This document shows, piece after piece, positions 1 to 13,757 of a DNA stretch of 64,000 nucleotides. How positions within the stretch are numbered: position 1 is the stretch's first letter; each line of letters starts with the position of its first letter. The stretch spans positions 69,130,001 to 69,194,000 of the forward strand of contig OZ024746.1 of the NCBI GenBank assembly GCA_964016885.1, written 5' to 3'. The translations under genes and the position numbers were made by a program. The stretch is from Eledone cirrhosa (taxonomy: Eukaryota). The notes below the pieces were generated by a model, which worked only from the letters and a program-made list of their open reading frames with translations, was not told the origin of the DNA and ran no database searches.

Positions 1-99
1 ACATCAAATATTTTTTATAATAGAAAATATTAAAACCATAGTGTAAAGTTGTTGATGAAAGAAAGACATGCTAAATTCTGTAATAACATTGTTGTTTAA

Positions 100-327
100 C
101 CCTTTAAAATTCACATTCCCTGGCATTTGTGTATTATTCTATGTACTATATTGACGAGTTGTAGTGTACCTGAGCACTTTACACAATAATTTCATTATTA
201 TTATTATTATTACTTTATATTGACTATTATATCTTATTGGTAAAAGCTTTGTCTCACATAATTATCTGAGATTTTGAACAGAAAGTGAGAATTCTGGCCA
301 GATACAGCTGATTTAAATGCTAATGGG
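100..327. mobile_element. TTAA-flanked MITE (piggyBac-like ends), diverged copy
   Basis: TTAA|CCCTTTA...TAATGGG|TTAA; the interior is homologous to 7422-7628. Confidence 0.65.
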
Positions 328-464
328 TTAATCTATGCAAGCACGGAGGAAAAAAAAATGAACATAAAATGATGTGAAATTATTTTATGTTTTGGATAAA
401 AATAATTACAAAATAATCTCTCCTTATTAGTTAAAAGAGGAAAATGAAAAAAATATAATTGTAC

Positions 465-612
465 CTATCATCTTCCAGTTTTTTGCCATGTATAACCTTC
501 AGACTTTTGAAAGATGACAGTGATACTAAACCATCTGACCGCGTAATTTTTATGAAATTATGAACTTCCTCAATTTGTCCAAGATTTGCTTCCAGTTCTT
601 GAGCAAGAATAC
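465..612 (-). CDS. InR: Insulin receptor-like exon: L2 domain (gene continues beyond the window start)
   Basis: tttttcag|GT...ATAG|gtacaa; 148 nt, phase 1-2. Translation (G)ILAQELEANLGQIEEVHNFIKITRSDGLVSLSSFKSLKVIHGKKLEDD resembles INSR [33 protein letters not shown]. Confidence 0.95.
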
Positions 613-1384
613 CTGAAAAATATGGAAGGTATATAATAAGTAAGGTAGAATAAAGAAATTAGTTTATGATTATGCTGAATAAAAGGTTTAATCATTTCCA
701 AGCCTTGGGAAAAAGTAAAGTCACATCCTCCTTGCTTCCACCAAAGGCACAATAGATAGAGCATGAGATAAAATACACCTTGAGTACTTCTCTTTATGTT
801 CTGAGTTCAAATTTCTGAGGTTGATACAATAAGCAGAAGCCAAGTAGTATGATTAATACTATCACATTATCATATTTTGCTTGTGGCTCATAAACTCTAT
901 AGTGCATTTCATTCATGTCCCCAACTCAGAACAAACACTTTACAAGATAAGCTTCCTTCCCATAAACTCACGAGCTGAAATGAAGTACTGCTGATGCCAC
1001 TAAAAAAAACACCCAGTCAACCCTGTGATGAAGTCACAACTAAATGCTCCCAGTGCACTTTGTTCAATGGTCAGTGTTAGGAAGGGCATCCAACTGTAGA
1101 AACCATGCTCCTAGTACATGCTGTAAAATAGTTGGCATTAGGAAAGGCATCCAGCCGTAGAAGCCAAGCGAAAACAAAGCATATAGCCAGGACCCTGTCA
1201 CCTGACTCAGCATGCAACAGTCATTTAACTCATGCAAGCATGGGAAGGAAAAAACGTTAAAAGATGATGATATTTACCATTTACATTAAACATACAATAG
1301 ACTTACATATATATTTGAAGATGGTGCCCAGTATGACCAATCCAATGATAAACAAGTGTATAAAAAATAAGAAATAAAAATTAC

Positions 1385-1480
1385 CATCGAGATGTTGTAA
1401 AATTAATTCTCCTGTTATTTCAGTACAATCTTTAAGACTTTGGATAGATGAGATACTTTTTATTTCTTTGGCAGGACATT
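1385..1480 (-). CDS. InR: Insulin receptor-like exon: start of the L2 domain
   Basis: ttctgtag|AA...GATG|gtaatt; 96 nt, phase 1-1. Translation (K)CPAKEIKSISSIQSLKDCTEITGELILQHLD resembles INSR [20 protein letters not shown]. Confidence 0.92.
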
Positions 1481-3185
1481 CTACAGAAGAAAATAGTAAA
1501 AATATATTAAACAACCTTTCAATAATGCAGCTCTATCAATAGTAGTTTCAATATGACAATGATTTTTATAGAAAAAGGCTACAGCAATACAAGAGGGTCA
1601 TTAAATGTAAAAAAATAATGATAATAAAGATGTTAGCATATTACCTCAGGAGTTGTTTAATAGCCCTTATTTCAGGATAAAATCCCTGCACCAAAAGAAG
1701 GATTAAGGAAACTAATTTGGATACAAGATATCTTGAATACTTCTTACACTGCCTGGCAGCTTAACAATAATATATCCTGCTTTGAATTAGTTTTCTCAAT
1801 CCTTCATTTAATGAAGGGATTTTAGCCTGAAATATATAGACTATTAAACAATTCTAAGGTAACATTCAAACATCTTTGTTATCTTTCTTTTTAACATTTA
1901 ATTAATTTAACATTTACATTGCTGTAGTATAATAAAACACTATTCTCTACACTTTACACAATGCTTCAAGTAAACTACAACACTGATTTAATATTTTTAT
2001 AGCATTTTAGAGTTACAATTTACTGTGTTCTATGAATAAATTGGCACAAAATGAAGCAATTGTCATTTTGTATTATGATTTTATTCCTCATTTATTTTCC
2101 TGAGAAATATCTAAAAGCTAATTGTTCATTATATAGTTCAGCATGAAGTATCAGTTATATTTAACTTCACTTGGGGAACTGGAATAGTATCAAATCCAAA
2201 TGCTTTTAAACATTGGATTCTTACTTTCAAGAATAATTAACAGAGGAAGTAGAAACAAAAATTAAATAACTTTTAGCACTGTTTGCCACAATAACAATTT
2301 GTATCCCCATTATTGGCTCAATATACAAAATGTAATAAGAGAGTACAAAGTATAATATTAGGAGACTGAGAAATCATATGATCATAAATTTATAGGAATT
2401 TGAAATTCACTGTATCTATAATAATTGATGAGAGAATTAGAAGTAGTGGAAAAGAGAAAAGGAAAAGTAGAAACAATATAATGAAAATTAATCAAGAAAT
2501 CACAGCTCCAGTACTATGGGCATGTGTTTAGAATATCTAAGGAAAGAATTACTGGATAGATTTTATGGGAAAAAACAACTGGCAGGAGATCCAGATAAAG
2601 AAGAGCAAGATGATTGGATAACATCAATGAGCTCAATTAGTCTCACTTAGGGATGAAGCCAGATCAATTGGAGATGACTGCTTCTGATAGGGACCTCTGG
2701 GAGGCATGTTTAGAGACCCTGCCTTAATGATTATCTCAGGAATAAATGGGTAAAGAAGAAGACAAGAAGAGAAAGAGTGAATAGTGTATAAACAAATGCT
2801 TGGCAAACAAACAAAAACAATATAGAACCGTTTAATTTTACTGTGGACAACCTCTCTAGTGCTGATTGCACAACAAAATGTAGCCATTACACTGTGTAGA
2901 GTTGTTGGCAACAGAAAGGAAGACATTGAACCATGCCAAAATATACAAGAGAAACATGATCAATCATCCATCTTGGAGGATAATAAATCTAAATAAAAAC
3001 TGACTTAGACCAAGATGATCCATGAAAAAATCTGATGGCAAACAATGTTGATGATAGAGATGAAAGTTGTTGAAATTTATTTCATATAAAATAAACTGTT
3101 GTCAAACATCCATTAATTTGAAGTAACAAAATTGAATAATGTAATTCAAATGAAAAGGTGTAAAATTTAAAATAAAATTGCTAAC

Positions 3186-3369
3186 TTTTTGGACATCTGG
3201 CTTTGCACTTCAGGCACCGATTGGGGTCATCTGGATTTTCAATATATCCAACAGGACAATGTACAGTACAAAGGGCAGTCCTGTTAGTAGTCATGTTAGC
3301 TTCCAATAACTTGAAATTATACGCAACAGATCTACATTCTCTTTCAGTGAGGCAGCGACGGTTTTTGAA
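3186..3369 (-). CDS. InR: Insulin receptor-like exon: C-terminal half of the Cys-rich region
   Basis: gttttag|TTC...AAAA|gttagc; 184 nt, phase 0-1. Translation FKNRRCLTERECRSVAYNFKLLEANMTTNRTALCTVHCPVGYIENPDDPNRCLKCKARCPK. Confidence 0.95.
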
Positions 3370-3834
3370 CTAAAACAAAACATTTCAAAATTTAGTGGCA
3401 AATACAATATAAATAGATTGAAAGAAATAAAACAAATTATATCATTTATTTTAAAATACTTAATAGAGTATCTAAATTCATTGTGAATTTTTATAGAAAG
3501 GAGAAAAACCTGAACATTTTCACTAAAGTGAAAAGATGACGATACACAGGAAGATATTGAAAAGGGGAGAAAGAAACCATGAGTGTTATATAATAATGCT
3601 CCCTTCCCATTAGAACAATTTAAAGTATATTTTTAATTTATGTGGAGGCTAGAATACTTGTTTGCAAAAAGTTTATGGTTTAGTTAGGGACCTGTAAGAC
3701 TGGGCTCCTTCCTTGGGTGGGATGCACTACTCCCAATTTTGAAGAAGAAAACAGCAGTTTGGGGACCGAGGACACCAGAAGTCTCATTGGCAGCTGGCAC
3801 GATAAAGAAGCAGATGGTCAAGTACTAATATTTG

Positions 3835-4813
3835 AATATCTTCCACTCCTCCATGTTACAGGAGGCAGTGTCCAGTGCTATAACCAAATATCTTCTACAC
3901 ATCCATGTTACAGGAGGCAGTGTCCAGTGCTATGACCAAATATCTTCTACACATCCATGTTACAGGAGGCAGTGTCCAGTGCTATGACCAAATATCTTCT
4001 ACACATCCATGTTACAGGAGGCAGTGTCCAGGGCTATGACCAAATATCTTCTACACATCCATGTTACAGGAGGCAGTGTCCAGGGCTATGACCAAATATC
4101 TTCTACACATCCATGTTATAGGAGGCAGTGTCCAGTGCTATGACCAAATATCTTCTACACATCCATGTTACAGGAGGCAGTGTCCAGTGCTATGACCAAA
4201 TATCTTCCACTCCCCATGTTACAGGAGGCAGTGTCCAGTGCTATGACCAAATATCTTCCACTCCCCATGTTACAGGAGGCAGTGTCCAGTGCTATGACCA
4301 AATATCTTCCACTCCCCATGTTACAGGAGGCAGTGTCCAGGGCTATGACCAAATATCTTCCACTCCCCATGTTACAGGAGGCAGTGTCCAGTGCTATGAC
4401 CAAATATCTTCAACACATCCATGTTACAGGAGGCAGTGTCCAGTGCTATGACCAAATATCTTCAACACATCCATGTTACAGGAGGCAGTGTCCAGTGCTA
4501 TGACCAAATATCTTCCACTCCCCATGTTACAGGAGGCAGTGTCCAGTGCTATGACCAAATATCTTCCACTCCTCATGTTACATGAGGCAGTGTCCAGTGC
4601 TATGACCAAATATCTTCCACTCCCCATGTTACAGGAGGCAGTGTCCAGTGCTATGACCAAATATCTTCCACTCCTCATGTTACAGGAGGCAGTGTCCAGT
4701 GCTATGACCAAATATCTTCCACTCCCCATGTTACAGGAGGCAGTGTCCAGTGCTATGACCAAATATCTTCCACTCCCCATGTTACAGGAGGCAGTGTCCA
4801 GTGCTATGACCAA
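3835..4813. repeat. Minisatellite, about 19 units of 51/52 bp
   Basis: Unit CCATGTTACAGGAGGCAGTGTCCAGTGCTATGACCAAATATCTTC followed by TACACAT, AACACAT or CACTCC; unit starts from 3851 to 4777. Confidence 0.98.
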
Positions 4814-5940
4814 AGCATCAAGGTTGGAAGTTGAAATGTGTAGCAGCACATGGCATCCCAAATTAGAGTTTTTCTTCCCTTGATTGGGAAGAGAGTTATC
4901 CAACTGGGGTCCTTACAATCACTGGCAGGTTCCAATTGTGATGGTAACCCAACCACATCGATATTTCTCAATTTTGACAGACACTTTTTATTCTTTTGTT
5001 TTTCACATATTTAGTAAATGACGGTGGGGAAGAAGGTGATAAGATAAACGTATGAGCAACACGTGTTCACCTCACCTGACTTGTCTTATGACGTGACAAC
5101 CTATCTAACCCATGCAAGCATGGAAAGTGGATGTTAAATGATGATCATGATCATGAGTAACAGTTATGATGACTTCATATTAGTAATAGCTGCAATAATA
5201 TAGACACAGTCAGATGATTTGTATGTGGAAAAGTTGAATAGTCCTAGGTCATCTCTGATTAAGAAAACCTATTAACAAAAGCATTCATTCCAGCCATGAA
5301 TATTTTGTTTGTTTGTTTCTTCTTTTTTTTTTTGTTTATCAGCTCATTCTATATTTAACCCTTTTGAAAAATGTTTAATCAACCTCTGCTTTTTCATATA
5401 TATGTATATCTATACATATATATATATATAAAACTGAAATTGTCTGTGTGTGCGCGTCCGCTAATTTTTGCAAAGTCTATATCCACATTTCTAATCCGAT
5501 TGACATCAAACTTGCATTTATATATTCCTTGCAGTCTAAAGATACTAACTGCAGCTTTTATTTTTCAATTTTCTGTTGTTAAAGGCGTGTTAGGCGCTGG
5601 TTAGCGATCTCTCTCTCTTTCTAAGTCCGTCTTTTTAGATAGATACATAGCTATAACGTTGCACCCTTATAATATCTGTCTGTATGTCTGGCTGTCTGCA
5701 TTACGACATTATGAAAACATTGTTCTCATTGCTGATGTATTATCTTCGCTATTTTCCATTCATTGCCAGGGAATGTCTTCACGAACCAAAGTATCGTCTT
5801 CCTGTTTTCCTTCGGTTGTAACGTTTTTCGAAATATTTACTTCTGCTTTCACAGATTGATTTTTTTTAGTTTCAGAAGATCCCGTTAAGGGTGAAAGCAG
5901 CGATTCTTTGCTTAAACTTTAATCTGTTATTTTAATATAT

Positions 5941-6263
5941 ATCATCATCATTCGTTTTAAGTCCACTTTTTCCCTGCTTGCAAGGGTGGGACGGGAACTG
6001 ATTCTGGCTTGATTTCTACAGTTGGATGCCCTTCCTAACACCAACCTCATTTACAGTGAGTGCTGGGTGCTTTTTTGCCGTGGCACCTCCACGACCACTT
6101 TGCAGTGGAATGATAGGGACCCCAGTCCCTATCATCTCATTTCTACAGCTGAGTAAACTGGAGCAATGTGAAATAAAGTGTCTTGCTCAAGGAAACAACA
6201 CATCACCCAGTCTGAGAATTGAACTCACAACCTTTCGATTGCCAGGCCAATGCTCTAACCACT
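5941..6263 (-). mobile_element. tRNA-derived SINE, family A (RTE-type tail), nested in the Helitron
   Basis: Near-identical reverse complement of 21989-22327; (GAT)n tail. Confidence 0.9.
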
Positions 6264-6492
6264 ATATTTTTGCATACACAAAAACAAAATATAAACAAAC
6301 GTATTTATTTCACGAAAGCACAGACGGCTTATCGTCATTGTTACTGTCAATATGCCACCCAAAAAGTCCCACTACTTTTGGCATAAGGCCAGCAATTACA
6401 TAGTCAACGGTTCGGAAATCACATGCATCACTGACGAGTTTACTCCTTACTCTACCAGTTAGTCTTAGTGTACTACGTCCTGCTTTTAGGTC

Positions 6493-6820
6493 ATGCCTCA
6501 ATGGAAGAGATACTCCATTGGTCGAAATACTGCGAAAGCGGCAAGAAAAAGAACAAGGCAGGCAAATGAATTGTCAGTGGAATCTGCTATTCGACGGTCG
6601 CAAGATGCTGAACGTACTGCCACCAGAGGAGCACTTGAAACAGACAACCAACGAACCATTCGGCGAACCGTGTCAGCTTTGCAATGTCTATCAACAAATC
6701 CCAGGATCAGACCCTGGCAGATGCTGGTCTTCTTTTGGAAGAGTCATGTTTTTCACACGGGCAACTATATGTTGGCTGCTCAAGAGTGGGAAGCAAGACA
6801 AATCTCTTTGCATATGCCCG
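6493..6820 (+). pseudogene. Helitron RepHel remnant: putative N-terminus joined to the helicase C-terminus
   Basis: MPQWKRYSIGRNTAKAARKRTRQANE... is followed at about 6668, in another frame, by RVSFAMSINKSQDQTLADAGLLLEESCFSHGQLYVGCSRV (canonical FAMTINKSQGQ...FSHGQLYVAxSRV). Confidence 0.85.
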
Positions 6821-7421
6821 ACTCAGAAGATCAAGGAACAATTGGCTGAAGAAGGACGAGACTGTGTTAGTAGTACGACCAACGGCTGCTATCACACCAA
6901 CAGCAGCTAAAACAACAACAAAAAAGAGAGGGAATGCAATTACATGCTTTTGAAAAATCTTAATGGAAAATGATTTGCCTAAGCACAAAATGTAGACACC
7001 ATCCCCAGGCCGAGGTATTCCGTACTTCTCTGTACTGTTTCAGAAAGGAGGGATAAACATGCCAATCTATGTTTAGAAGCCCGAGCAACGCCGAGCCATT
7101 CTGCTAGTATATATATAAAAGCTCTGCTAAATAGTTTACACCCCACCTGATCCCTGAATACCTTTAGCAGAGTTCCATCTCATGAAAGGTCACTGGTTCC
7201 ATCCCCAACCATATTATTACTGGAAATGTTTAGGCTGAGAGTCAATGAGCTGCCTAAATTTTACCTGGCTAGGAAGGCCTAAATATGTCATGAGCATTGT
7301 CACTTCACCTTTTTAAATACAGGTCATTTTGATGAATGAACAAGATGGAAAAGTACTGAAAAGAATTTTGTTATTGATATAGGGAAATATTTTTTTACAG
7401 CCATCTTTGTTTGTTTTTTAA

Positions 7422-7628
7422 CCCTTTAGCATTTACATTATTATCATATTTTTGTGGTAAAGGCTTTATCTTACACAATTATCTCATATAACATCAAATC
7501 TAGGAGATTTTAATATTATTTATTTTGAGAACACCTTAACATCAATATGAGTGGCCAGTTATAGCCAGTTTGAATAGAAAGAGGTGAGAGAATTCTGGCT
7601 GGATATAGCTGGTTTAAATGCTAAAGGG
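7422..7628. mobile_element. TTAA-flanked MITE (piggyBac-like ends)
   Basis: Perfect inverted ends TTAA|CCCTTTAGCATTTA ... TAAATGCTAAAGGG|TTAA. Related copies at 100-327, about 35860-36090 and about 48765-48942. Confidence 0.85.
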
Positions 7629-7817
7629 TTAAGAAAAGGAAAAAAAAAAAAAAAAAAGATATATATTTAAACTACTGGTATTAACAGAGTTTAATATTTT
7701 TAACAAAGGAAAATAGAAATAAAAGAATGGACTATTCAGTTACAAAGTATTCAAACAGAAACTGCTGAAATCTGAGCAGAATTAGAAAAACAAAATAGTA
7801 TTATTGTTACTATATAC

Positions 7818-7984
7818 CTTGTAGGTGTTTGGTGGGCAGGTTTTCTTACACTCCTTGTCATGATAAACATGCTTGCAAGCAAAGCAATCTCTAGCTGTTG
7901 GTCCTCTGCAACCACCAAGGCAGGTTTCATGACAGCATGAACCATTCTGCTGGCAATAGCCTTTCCCGTTTTCACAAAGACAAT
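7818..7984 (-). CDS. InR: Insulin receptor-like exon: furin-like Cys-rich region
   Basis: tttcag|AT...AAG|gtatat; 167 nt, phase 1-0. Translation (D)CLCENGKGYCQQNGSCCHETCLGGCRGPTARDCFACKHVYHDKECKKTCPPNTYK matches the INSR CCHxECLGxC...CxAC...CPPxxY pattern. Confidence 0.95.
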
Positions 7985-10900
7985 CTGAAATTAAAATTCA
8001 TTTAAAATTAAGTTCACACAAACAAAGATAAATACAAAGCTTTAGAGAAAATGGAATATTCTTAATAAGTTCATTATTCCCATTTTCATTGATGATAGTT
8101 ATTTCTGAAGTGAATATTTACACCTCAGAAACATTTGTTTAATTTATAATAAGAACATAAGGGTGTTAAAATATGAACCTCACTATTTAAGCTATGAACC
8201 TATTTACCAATAAGAAATAAGGTTTTTCAAAGGTTAAAAAGAAGGGGGAAAAAAACTCTTGGCATCACATACTCAAAGAATATACGTAAACAAAATTTTT
8301 GCACCTGTATTTCCATGTTAGCATGGATTGGCCAATGCTCTATTTATAGAAAGAAAAAAAAAACAATTCTTGACACACCATTGACTACTTCCCCTATGTT
8401 TATTGGAAGTCACCCATTCTCTTATACTCACTACCCTGACAAATCCCACCATACTTGCCATATATCCATAATATCGTATCTATCCCCCACCCCAGCAGAG
8501 AAGGATCTTCTGTTGGGACAATAACCAACTAACTTCCTAGTATTGGTGTTGCAAAAATGCACCTAATACACCATGTAAGGTAGTTGGCCATAGGAAGGGC
8601 ACCATGCTGTAGAAACAATGCCAACAGCCTGACAACCTCTCTAATATTGGTGATCTACATGATAAACACACTCAATACACACTGTAAAATGGTTGATGAT
8701 AAGGAAGGGCATCCAGCTGTAGAAAGCCTGCCAAACAAAGGGTTGGGAAGATCCTATAGTTGTTTTAAAAATATGACAACCTCTCTAGTTCTGGTATCAC
8801 AATAAAATGCATTCAGAGTGAGGGACACTATGTTAAGTGAGATGCAGATCTCCAGTTTGTCTGTGAGATCAATAGACTCATTTAAGTACTGACTCAGTCT
8901 GTAAAGACCTATCCAATCTTTGCTAGCAGGGAAAACAGACATTAAATGATGATGGTATACACAAATGATCTCCATTAAAACACTAAGCTGCAAGATATAT
9001 TGTTTATGTAGGACAAAGACAAATATCACTACATGCTTTAAACAGTGCTGATATGAAGATGTATGTGGAGACAGCCACACATACACACACTGTAGGTATT
9101 AGTCAGCCTGAGGCTATAGTAGAAGACCCCCTTCCCCAGTGCCATACAGTGGGATCGAACTTAAAACCATATTATTGTGAAGTGAACTCCTTAACCACAC
9201 AGCCATGCCTCCACTTATAACATATATTTTACAACAGTTTTATTTTGAAAAAAAGTGAAACTTTAAACACCCCACCCCACAAAAATAAAAGTAAATAAAT
9301 TTCCTTTTTTTTTTTAAAAAAGGGGCAAGTGGTGATGACAGGAGCTCAGTAACTGTTGAAAAAGAAAAAAAAAAAGCTTCAAAGAGCTATCTATGATGGT
9401 GAGAAAAAAAATTGTGTCTTCATAAAAATGCATGTAGTATGACAGCAATGTCAAAAATGTGTGTTATATAGAAATGAAATGTGGGCAATGGAAGAGGAAA
9501 AATCTAATATGGTTGGGAGAGAGAGAAAAAATAAACAGAAGAATTAGATTCCCTGGAGTTAAGAAACTAGTTGGAGAGGGTGAGAGGAAGAGAGCTTTAA
9601 GATATTATTAGAGAAAAGTTTAAGTGTTATGAATATTTGACAAGAATAGATGATTAAGTTTTCCTATAAAAATAGCAATAACGACTTTTAGTTAGATATC
9701 TGGAGTCTATGCAGAAGAGAGAGGGGGAGAGAAAGAAAAAGAAAGAGAGAGTGTGTGTGTGTGTGTGTAAGTAATTAGTTTTATAGTGGGTTCAAATTAT
9801 CTATAAAAAAAAAATAAAAAAAAAAAAAGATGGATTCAATACTAAAATCTACAAATGGGTTTTGAGCTTAATAAACAATTCCAATAATTACAACTGACCC
9901 CTTTCCCCTCTCTCCCCAAAAAGATATAATAGGTGAACATGTAGAAATTATATGAAGATCTAGGCAAGTGGAATGGTTGACTACTACATAAAGTGTTAAA
10001 ATATGGAAGGTATTGCTGCCAGAAAGTAAGTTGCATGCAGTGGAATGCAGAGGCTAGTAGACACTGCAAATTGTTGAAGTAGATCATGTAACTTAACATC
10101 CTTTCACAGCAACACCACATCTTCTGTTGTTACATATATTTAAGAGATATATGCTTGTTAGTAGAAAAAAATGGGGGAAATTTACAATTGTAAAACAAAA
10201 ATAAAAAATCATTATGCAAAGATAATTAAAAATGGGAGTGGGGGTGTTTAATGATTATGTGAATATTTTAATGGTTCTAACAAGTGAAGTAATGAGGTGA
10301 CAATAGGATTGAGGACAACATTAAAAGAATAAAATTGCAAACATATCTAGTTTTAATGGCAAAAAACGTTCAACCTTTTCATGACCATATTTCTTGTGGA
10401 ATATACTTATTTTCAACTAATTTTTTTTTTAATAATCAAAATTTTGGAGGGATTTAATAATACAATTAACTTTCTCATTATTACGTTGGTGGTTTGGAAT
10501 ATAACTTGAGAAAGGGTTTACAAAAAACGATAAATTAAAACCTGAACATTATAAAAACGGGCTTTTCATCATAGAATCGTGGGTGGTGTCAGGCGGGTTG
10601 GTATCAAAAAGATTAACCCTTTCACGATCATATTTCTTATGAAAAACACTACCATGTGTTGCAATTAACACTGAAAGTAATCAAGTATTCCATCTTCCAA
10701 TCTTCAATCTTTCTCTCTCTCTCTCTCTCGTCCAGCTAACTACTTCCCTTATCACCCTTACTTATGGAAACAATGATCAACTATATCGTTCATTACATTT
10801 AGTGTCTTGCCTTCCTATCTCTGTCCCTTCTCAGAAACCAACTGTACAACCCGAGATCCAGATCTACTGCAGACTTTGCTCTTTGTGACACATCAGTGAT

Positions 10901-12329
10901 CTCTCAGCCATGAGAAATATTGTGAGAGGCAAGTAAAAGGGAAGAGCATATAGCTGTAAAACATTGTCTCATGAAGGACCACATGATGGGTATAAAGCTT
11001 TCCATGGGGCTTCAGCAAGGAAAGTGCCCTTAAAACACTTGTTATGAAACCTTCATCCATATCTGATTTAATGAAGGATTCAATAAATTCTTTGAAGTCT
11101 TCGTTAAATTCAGTGTATACAGTCATATTAACCTTGTCAGTTGATTAAACATAAAACAATCATTCTTTAATTTTCTGTAAGGTATCACCAGTCCACATCA
11201 TTATCATGTATATTCTGATCATACTTGCATGATAAAGCAGACGTAAAAATGATGATTTAATCTTGCTATACAAAAATTCGGTTAAAATCCCCAATTTGGC
11301 AACTGAATGGATGCAAATCTGACCTTTATTGAGGTTTTAGTCAAATTTCATGTAGCTAGTAACATGTTACCTTATTATAGTTGTAAACAACTATATGAAT
11401 TGGTTGCCGAATACATGTTCCCATGCTAAATTGACATTTCTACCCAAAATTCTATTCAACAAATCTTGTGATTCTCATGTATAAGATTTACTTCAATGGC
11501 ATAACATCACTATAGCTTATAACCTTATAAATTATACAACAGCTCTCCTTGTCAAATATATTAATTAATTAGTTGTATTTCTGCACTTAAACAACAGAAA
11601 GAGCCTGAAACGACGGTGTCCTTACATTGATGCTTGACTTGCTTGTAATAGTGAAATCTTTCTTAAATCACTGCCTACCATTTAAAAAATAAAAGACATT
11701 GATTAAAGTGATCTGCAATAAAACAAACAAACAAAACCCCTTGGGTGGTCACAGTACACCATTGGTTATAAGTCTGCTCATTCAGTGAGGGCTGATCTAA
11801 GACTAAACATCAACAACAACTTATGTTCTTCCTTTCAAATGGTCTGAGACAGCTTAATATGAGACAGACATTCTCATCCAAATTTATTAATGTAATATCT
11901 GCCACACTATCTAGCAACACAAAATGATTTATTATTGATTTTCTTGTTCTTATAAAAACAAAAAAACTACAGCTTACATCTGGAAGTAATACTCCAGTTA
12001 GCTACAATGTAATCTTCATTCACAATAAATGTAATTCATTGAAGAAGGCACATGATTGGGAGGACTCTTCAGTTGTGTCAAGGACATGACAAATGCACCC
12101 AGTACATGCTGTAAAGTGGTTGGTAATAGGGAGGACATCCAGCCATAAAAGGCTGGCAAAACAAAGGGTTGAGGGGACCTTTCAGTTGTGTCAAAAACAT
12201 GACAACCTCCCTTGTGCTGGTGTACTTGATAGAATGTGAGATCATGTTAGATGCAGATCCCCAGCATGTTTAGGAGGTCATTAGGCCCACTTCAGTACTG
12301 ACTTGTTCTGTGAAGACCCATCCGACCCT

Positions 12330-12330
<1 letters not shown>

Positions 12331-12365
<35 letters not shown>
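12331..12365. repeat. (GAT)n microsatellite at a SINE/LINE tail
   Basis: Direct reading; follows ccgacccttg, which resembles the RTE tail. Confidence 0.85.
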
Positions 12366-12366
<1 letters not shown>

Positions 12367-13757
12367 GGCTATCAAGACTAAAGGATGTTTTTGAGATAAA
12401 CCTATGCCATAAATTCTCAATGTTTCAACAACAACTTTGAATTCTAATTGTTCCTTCTCTAAAGGATCTCCAGATTTAGTTTAAGAAGTTTTATTTAAAA
12501 CTTCATCCCCACCCTACCTTCTCATACTCACAGAAATTAAGGTGACAATATCTTCACCCACTACAATTCAACGAGACAACTGTGCCTAAAAGCATCTTTT
12601 AAAAAATCCACCTAAGTCAATACTCTGCACAGAGTCCTCACAAAAATAACTATATGTATATATACTGGAGTTAGAAGGTGGGGGAAGAACAGATGAGTCA
12701 AGGCTTTTCAATTTACGAGACCTGACACATGACTTGTCCACATTACTACCACAATAAGAAAATAAGAGAGAAACCTCTATGTGGTTGTTCAATGTGCTAA
12801 ATGTAGCAGCCAAATCTCCCTCAGATCACACCCTACCATTTTAATAAGGAAAAAGGAAAGGCATATTGGATAAGATACTGGTAGATATATTATGTTTGAG
12901 AAAGATGGGATAGTCAAGACTGGAATGCCTTTGATCATAGGTTTATTCAGTCAGTGCTAATCTTGAAACCAAACAACTTTTCTATAAAAACATTAAACAA
13001 AAAAATAAGAAGCCCCACTAAGATTCACATGCACACACCCACATAAACAAACATTTACTTTAAGATCTAATGAAGGTCAATGTACTCAGTGAATAAGAAC
13101 TATAAAATCTCCTTCTATACTACACTGAGCACACTCTAATGATGATATTTTATTTCAGGATACAAAAAAAAAAAAACACATTATAGGCCTAGAAAATTCA
13201 ACAGCTATATTAAGAAATCCTGATTTAGCACAGGCAAGAAAGCTTTATAACAGACTTAATTAAACCTTACATGATTAATCCTCAAGCCTTCGTTATAATT
13301 CCCCCTTCCCTCTCCACCACACTACACTTACTTTAGTTTCTTTTACTTTGATTGAAAGATGCTTAAATTAGTTCTTAATATTCAACTACTTACAATTTAT
13401 TTAGGTCAGTGACTGGTGTCTGAAACTGTCCAGTATAGAAGTACCATGACCAAATATAATGGATATATTCAATTTTGTAGAGGCTAATAATATGGTCAAT
13501 ATAACAATTTATGGTCATTTCACTCTTCGAAACGACTGTAAAACAATGAATTAATTAAGCACTGAACCATGTCTTTTTGTTTTCATTGTCTAACCTATAT
13601 ATATCCGACTCTGTATTATTTTGAATACTCAACAACATGTAATAAGATACCATTCTTGTACATTAAAAAACAATACCTTGTTTCTATAAGATATCAACCA
13701 ACACTACATAGTTCTAACTGCATAATAAATCCTACCTTAATTAGGTAGAATATTATG

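Larger units (their letters stand above)
5409..7107 (+). mobile_element. Non-autonomous (internally deleted) Helitron
   Basis: 5' A|TCTATAC..ATAAAA end; 3' GC-rich hairpin remnant CCCGAGCAACGCCGAG followed by CTAG|T (AT target, no TSD). Carries a Pif1-type helicase motif V/VI remnant. Confidence 0.85.

Noticed and set aside
3835-4813. CRISPR-like array, or repeat proteins (MLQEAVSSAMTKYLPLP etc.)
   Set aside because: There are no unique spacers, no cas genes, and the context is a eukaryotic intron. The ORFs arise because 51-bp units are open in several frames, and the 52-bp units break the frame.
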